64,000 bases of DNA, from positions 70,758 to 134,757 of the forward strand of contig JAQGGW010000005.1 of the NCBI GenBank assembly GCA_028289135.1. The letters are read 5' to 3'. Below, one piece after another: positions 60,030 through 64,000 of this stretch; within the stretch, counting starts at the first letter, position 1; each line of letters starts with the position of its first letter. The DNA comes from Candidatus Saccharimonadota bacterium (GTDB lineage: Bacteria > Patescibacteriota > Saccharimonadia > Saccharimonadales > JACDBH01). The position numbers were made by a program, and so were the translations under genes. The notes under the pieces were generated by a model. It ran no database searches. It saw only the letters and a program-made list of their open reading frames with translations, and was not told the origin of the DNA.

Positions 60030-60111
60030 AATAGGTAGTATTATTGGCGCTTCAGCACCACCAGAGCGCTGGCACGACGTAGACTAAAATCTGAGAATTA
60101 GCACTCTTGAC

Positions 60112-60292
60112 CGTGCCAAGAGTACTCCTTGCCACTTTGCCTGAAATAATCTGGCGGTCTCATCTTAATATTTTGCCTGTGGCTAGCCTTCACCGTAACT
60201 ATTTACGCCTCAGACTTGTCCTCGGCAAGAATATCCAGCTGAGCCTCACCTGCTTATCCCAGCCAAAAGTGTCAATTAGCACTCTTGACACG
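60112..60292 (-). repeat. Structured palindromic element, family 1 copy D, embedded in the clpC promoter
   Basis: Outer IR 60112-26/60278-92 (13/15), further pairing 60129-49/60254-75, atattttgcc/ggcaagaatat, core cttcaccgtaactatttacgcctc (60188-60211). Confidence 0.8.
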
Positions 60293-60302
60293 TGAGTGCT
60301 AA
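60276..60302. promoter_or_regulatory. CIRCE (HrcA operator) overlapping the sigma70 promoter of clpC
   Basis: Perfect TTAGCACTC-N9-GAGTGCTAA; spacer contains TTGACA (60285-90), 17 bp to TATTCT (60308-13). Confidence 0.93.
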
Positions 60303-60369
60303 TTACGTATTCTGGAAAGGTGTGATAAAGATAACAGCAGATGTAAGAAAGTGTGGGTAAAATAGAACT

Positions 60370-62856
60370 ATGATGCCGCAAAATCCAGATTTCCAGGAAT
60401 TTTTGAACCATTTAACAGAGAATGCACTGCAGTCTCTAAAGCACGCCGATGCGATTGCACGTAGCTTTAACAGCCCATACATTGGCACGGAGCATTTGCT
60501 GCTTGGCATTTTGGCCCAGGACGCGTCAATGGGTGCCAAGGTGCTTGAAGGCACGGGTGTGACTCTGGAGCGTGCACGTGTGGCTTTAAACCTATCTCCT
60601 AAAGGTGTTGTTATCAATATGGGTGCTAAGGGTTTGAGCGAAACAGCCAAGCTAACACTCAAGATGGCTTATGAATTGGCGCAGGAGTTTAACCAGGATT
60701 TTTGTGGTACTGAGCATATTCTCTATAGTATTTTGAGCCAAAAAAATGCCCGGGCTACAACATTGCTGCGCGATATGAACGTTAGTTTGGATTCACTAAA
60801 CAACGAGCTGGAGCAGTTTTTAAACCGCCAGCATTACGAAGATGAAGGCAACACTGGTACGCGCCGCCGCGGCAAAAAAGGCAACCGCCAGAAGACAGCA
60901 CTGGACACTTATGGCACGGATATGACGGCCCAAGCCCGTGCCGGAAAGCTTGACCCGGTTGTTGGGCGCGAAGACCAGCTAAAGCGCGTGATTACAATCT
61001 TGAACCGCCGCACCAAAAATAACCCGGTATTAATTGGGGAACCTGGTGTTGGTAAGACGGCAATTGTTGAAGGTTTAGCGCAAAGAATTATAAGCGAAGA
61101 CGTCCCAGACAGCTTGCTCGACAAGCGCATTATAATGCTCGATCTTGCTGGAATGATCGCTGGTACAAAATATCGCGGTGAGTTTGAAGAGCGGCTTAAA
61201 AAAGTTATGGCCGAGCTTGAGGACGACAACAAAACAGTGATTTTTATTGACGAAATCCACCTGCTGGTTGGCGCTGGTTCGGCCGAAGGTTCAATGGACG
61301 CAGGAAACATTCTAAAACCTGCCTTGGCCCGGGGTAAAATCCAGGTAATTGGTGCTACAACCACAAATGAATACACCAAATATATCGAGAAAGATGCAGC
61401 CTTGGAGCGCCGTTTCCAGCCTATCCAAGTTCCAGAAACAACGCCGTCAGAAACGCTAGCAATCTTAAAAGGCCTACGTAAACACTACGAAGCTTTCCAC
61501 GGCGTGGCTATTGGCGATGAAGTATTGGAAGACACTGTGAACCTCGCTAAACGTTATGTTAATGATAGATTTATGCCTGACAAAGCAATTGACCTGCTGG
61601 ACGAAGCTGCCGCTCATTTGCGAGTAGACAAGGGTAAAACGCCTCCAGAAGTCCGCAAAGTCCAAAAAGAGCTTAAGCTGATCAATGTCAGGATCGAAGA
61701 AGCGGTCGACAATGAAGACTACCAAAAAGCGGCCGGCTACAAACAGAAGGCCAGCCAGCTGCAGGCCAGTTTAGACAAGTTGCAAAAGGCCGGCAAAGGT
61801 TCAAAGCGGCTCGTTATGACAAGCGAAGACGTTGCTGCAGTTGTGGCTCGCATGACCGGAGTTCCTGTAAACAAAGTAATCCGATCGGAAGCGAAATATC
61901 TTCGCAATCTTGAAGGCGCGCTCAGTAAACACGTGATAGGCCAGGACGAAGCGGTTGAAGCATTGGCGCGCGCTGTCCGGCGTAACCGCGTTGGTATCGG
62001 CCAAACTACACGCCCTATCGGTTCGTTTATATTCCTAGGTCCAACGGGGGTTGGAAAAACTGAGCTTGCCCGTGTGCTGAGCCGTGAATTTTTTGGCTCG
62101 GATAAAAACCTGATCAAGATTGATATGAGTGAGTTTGGCGAGCACCACAATGTGTCACGCCTAGTTGGCGCACCTGCAGGCTATGTTGGATATGACGATG
62201 GCGGCCAGCTGACTGACAAAATCCGCCGCCAGCCATATAGCGTAGTGCTGTTTGATGAGATTGAAAAAGCCCATCCAGAAGTGTTTAATATGCTGCTCCA
62301 GATTTTAGAAGACGGCAAATTAACAGACGCCAAAGGCCGTGCTATCGACTTTACAAACACTATTGTCATCATGACCAGCAACATCGGCGCAGACAAGCTC
62401 CAAAAAGAAGCTGGACTTGGCTTTAATGCCAGCGCTAAAAAGGATTTTGACAACCTGGATGCCGCCCATGCCCAAAACAAGAGCAAGGTTCTGGATGAGC
62501 TTAAAAAGCTAATGCGCCCAGAACTATTGAACCGTATCGACAAAACTATTGTCTTCCGTGCGCTGACTAAAAAAGATGCGCTTAAGATTGTGGATTTACA
62601 GCTTGAAGAACTGCGAAACCGGTTGGTAAAACATGGGCTTGGACTGGACGTTAACAAAGCCGCCAAAGAACTGATGCTAGAGCAGGGCTATGATGCCAAA
62701 AATGGTGTACGCCCTATGCGCCGTCTGATCCAGGACGAGATTGAAGACCATATTGCCAGCGGATTGCTAGACGAATCTTACCAAAAAGGCGATGTTGTTT
62801 CGGTGACTACAAAAGCTGGCAAAATAACTTTTGCACCGCTGCGCGAAAAAGCCTAA
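60370..62856 (+). CDS. clpC: ATP-dependent Clp protease ATP-binding subunit ClpC
   Basis: Two Clp-N repeats (GTEH), [11 protein letters not shown]-type middle domain, GPTGVGKT. Confidence 0.93.
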   Translation: MMPQNPDFQEFLNHLTENALQSLKHADAIARSFNSPYIGTEHLLLGILAQDASMGAKVLEGTGVTLERARVALNLSPKGVVINMGAKGLSETAKLTLKMAYELAQEFNQDFCGTEHILYSILSQKNARATTLLRDMNVSLDSLNNELEQFLNRQHYEDEGNTGTRRRGKKGNRQKTALDTYGTDMTAQARAGKLDPVVGREDQLKRVITILNRRTKNNPVLIGEPGVGKTAIVEGLAQRIISEDVPDSLLDKRIIMLDLAGMIAGTKYRGEFEERLKKVMAELEDDNKTVIFIDEIHLLVGAGSAEGSMDAGNILKPALARGKIQVIGATTTNEYTKYIEKDAALERRFQPIQVPETTPSETLAILKGLRKHYEAFHGVAIGDEVLEDTVNLAKRYVNDRFMPDKAIDLLDEAAAHLRVDKGKTPPEVRKVQKELKLINVRIEEAVDNEDYQKAAGYKQKASQLQASLDKLQKAGKGSKRLVMTSEDVAAVVARMTGVPVNKVIRSEAKYLRNLEGALSKHVIGQDEAVEALARAVRRNRVGIGQTTRPIGSFIFLGPTGVGKTELARVLSREFFGSDKNLIKIDMSEFGEHHNVSRLVGAPAGYVGYDDGGQLTDKIRRQPYSVVLFDEIEKAHPEVFNMLLQILEDGKLTDAKGRAIDFTNTIVIMTSNIGADKLQKEAGLGFNASAKKDFDNLDAAHAQNKSKVLDELKKLMRPELLNRIDKTIVFRALTKKDALKIVDLQLEELRNRLVKHGLGLDVNKAAKELMLEQGYDAKNGVRPMRRLIQDEIEDHIASGLLDESYQKGDVVSVTTKAGKITFAPLREKA

Positions 62857-62902
62857 ACAGTTCACTAGATAACTAAGTTTAAAATGGTTAAACTAAAACA
62901 GT

Positions 62903-63877
62903 ATGCAAAAGCGTAAACACCGATATTTAGCTGGAATATTCACTCTTTTACTTTTGGCTATTCCGGTGGTGGGGCTGTTGGAGCACCAGGCAGTTTTTGA
63001 CGCGATTCGTCTGCATGGCTATACCGCTCCAGACAGCATTAGCCAGCTGGCGACTGATACCGCCATGCAGCCATCGATGCGCCGGCTTTTTTATGTGTAC
63101 CATCCGGCAATCGAAGACAAAACAGATTTTAATAAATCATGCCGTGATAACGAACAAACCATTGTGCTAGGTTGCTATGTCGATACGCGCGGAATATATC
63201 TGCTGAATGTGACAGATAGCCGCTTAACTGGTGTTGAACAGGTTACTGCCGCGCATGAGACACTGCACGCGGCCTATGCGCGCTTAAGTACCACCGAACG
63301 CAAGCGCGTGGACAAACTAACGGCTGATTATTTTGCCAATGCAACCGACCAGCGCCTTAAAGATACGATTGAGCTCTATAAAAAACAGGATCCAAGCGTG
63401 GTGCCCAACGAGCTGCATTCGATTCTAGGCACCGAAGTACGCACACTTCCGGCCGAACTAGAAACGTATTACAAACAGTATTTTTCGGACCGCAGCAAGG
63501 TTGTCGACTTTTCTGAACAGTATGAAAAGGCCTTTACAGAGCGCAAAAACCAGATTGTGGCTTATGACGCACAGCTTAGCAGCCTTAAGGAGCAGATAGA
63601 CAGCCTGCAAACTTCCCTTACTGCCCAGGCATCATCTTTGAGCGCCGAACGGGAGCGTTTAAGCGGATTGCGGTCTTCTGGACAAGTGGCGGCTTACAAC
63701 GCGGCAGTCCCGGGGTTTAACCAGCAGGTGAATAAATATAACCAGGACATTGATACGCTGAGCGATATAATCAGCGAATACAACGACATCGTCCCAAAGC
63801 GCAACGCGATTGCCGAACAGGAATCAGATCTAGTAAAGGCAATAGACAGCCGGAGCAGTGTTCCCGCCCACCAATAA
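62903..63877 (+). CDS. Membrane-anchored putative zinc metalloprotease with C-terminal coiled coil
   Basis: AAHETLHAAY (HExxH) plus downstream NELHS; long heptad tail. Confidence 0.7.
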   Translation: MQKRKHRYLAGIFTLLLLAIPVVGLLEHQAVFDAIRLHGYTAPDSISQLATDTAMQPSMRRLFYVYHPAIEDKTDFNKSCRDNEQTIVLGCYVDTRGIYLLNVTDSRLTGVEQVTAAHETLHAAYARLSTTERKRVDKLTADYFANATDQRLKDTIELYKKQDPSVVPNELHSILGTEVRTLPAELETYYKQYFSDRSKVVDFSEQYEKAFTERKNQIVAYDAQLSSLKEQIDSLQTSLTAQASSLSAERERLSGLRSSGQVAAYNAAVPGFNQQVNKYNQDIDTLSDIISEYNDIVPKRNAIAEQESDLVKAIDSRSSVPAHQ

Positions 63878-63905
63878 TTAACAATCTGATACACTAGTGG
63901 GTACT

Positions 63906-64000
63906 ATGGCGAGGAAAAACCAAACAACCTTTGTTTGCAGTAATTGCGGCGCCCATCACAGCAGCTGGATGGGCAAGTGCAGTAATTGCGGCGAATGGAA
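63906..64000 (+). CDS. radA: DNA repair protein RadA/Sms (5' part, truncated by the window edge)
   Basis: MARKNQTTFVCSNCGAHHSSWMGKCSNCGEW zinc ribbon. Confidence 0.9.
   Translation, partial: MARKNQTTFVCSNCGAHHSSWMGKCSNCGEW

Noticed and set aside
1-64000. CRISPR array, tRNA/rRNA genes, transposase/integrase, prophage
   Set aside because: No regularly spaced repeats, cloverleaf/T-loop signatures or mobile-element ORFs seen by eye; tRNAscan and Infernal were not run
1-64000. Alternative genetic code (UGA=Gly, as in Gracilibacteria/Absconditabacteria)
   Set aside because: Conserved genes are full-length under code 11 and several (pheS, pheT, gatA, gatB) end at TGA

Overview
Compact, gene-dense bacterial chromosome segment with many 4-nt gene overlaps and TGA used as stop. 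It is most consistent with a Patescibacteria/CPR genome, probably Saccharibacteria (inferred from gene content and style, not from a search). Housekeeping genes include pheST, gatCAB, uvrB, dnaE, rplS-rnhB-yraN, nusA, clpC, radA and trxB. There is also a sugar-phosphate cluster (ppa, IMPase, gap, rpiB, rpe, split tkt, fba, pfkB; no transaldolase), a Fur/Zur-ZIP metal module, transporters, a PilB/GspE ATPase and many membrane-anchored hypotheticals. No rRNA, tRNA, CRISPR array or transposase was seen. The most unusual content is non-coding. Nearly every large intergenic gap holds a 100-240 bp highly self-complementary element. Four of these (14507, 17288, 53706, 60112) share a hairpin core, YTCACCGTAM-N4-6-KTACGSCT, with compensatory changes and A.C mismatches that become G.U pairs on the minus strand. 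One of them sits in the clpC promoter, between duplicated CIRCE half-sites. A second element is present in two near-identical copies (after uvrB and after dnaE), and there are two further unique rods. Many genes also have a (TG)nTAnnnT -10 box exactly 6 nt before the ATG, suggesting widespread leaderless mRNAs.
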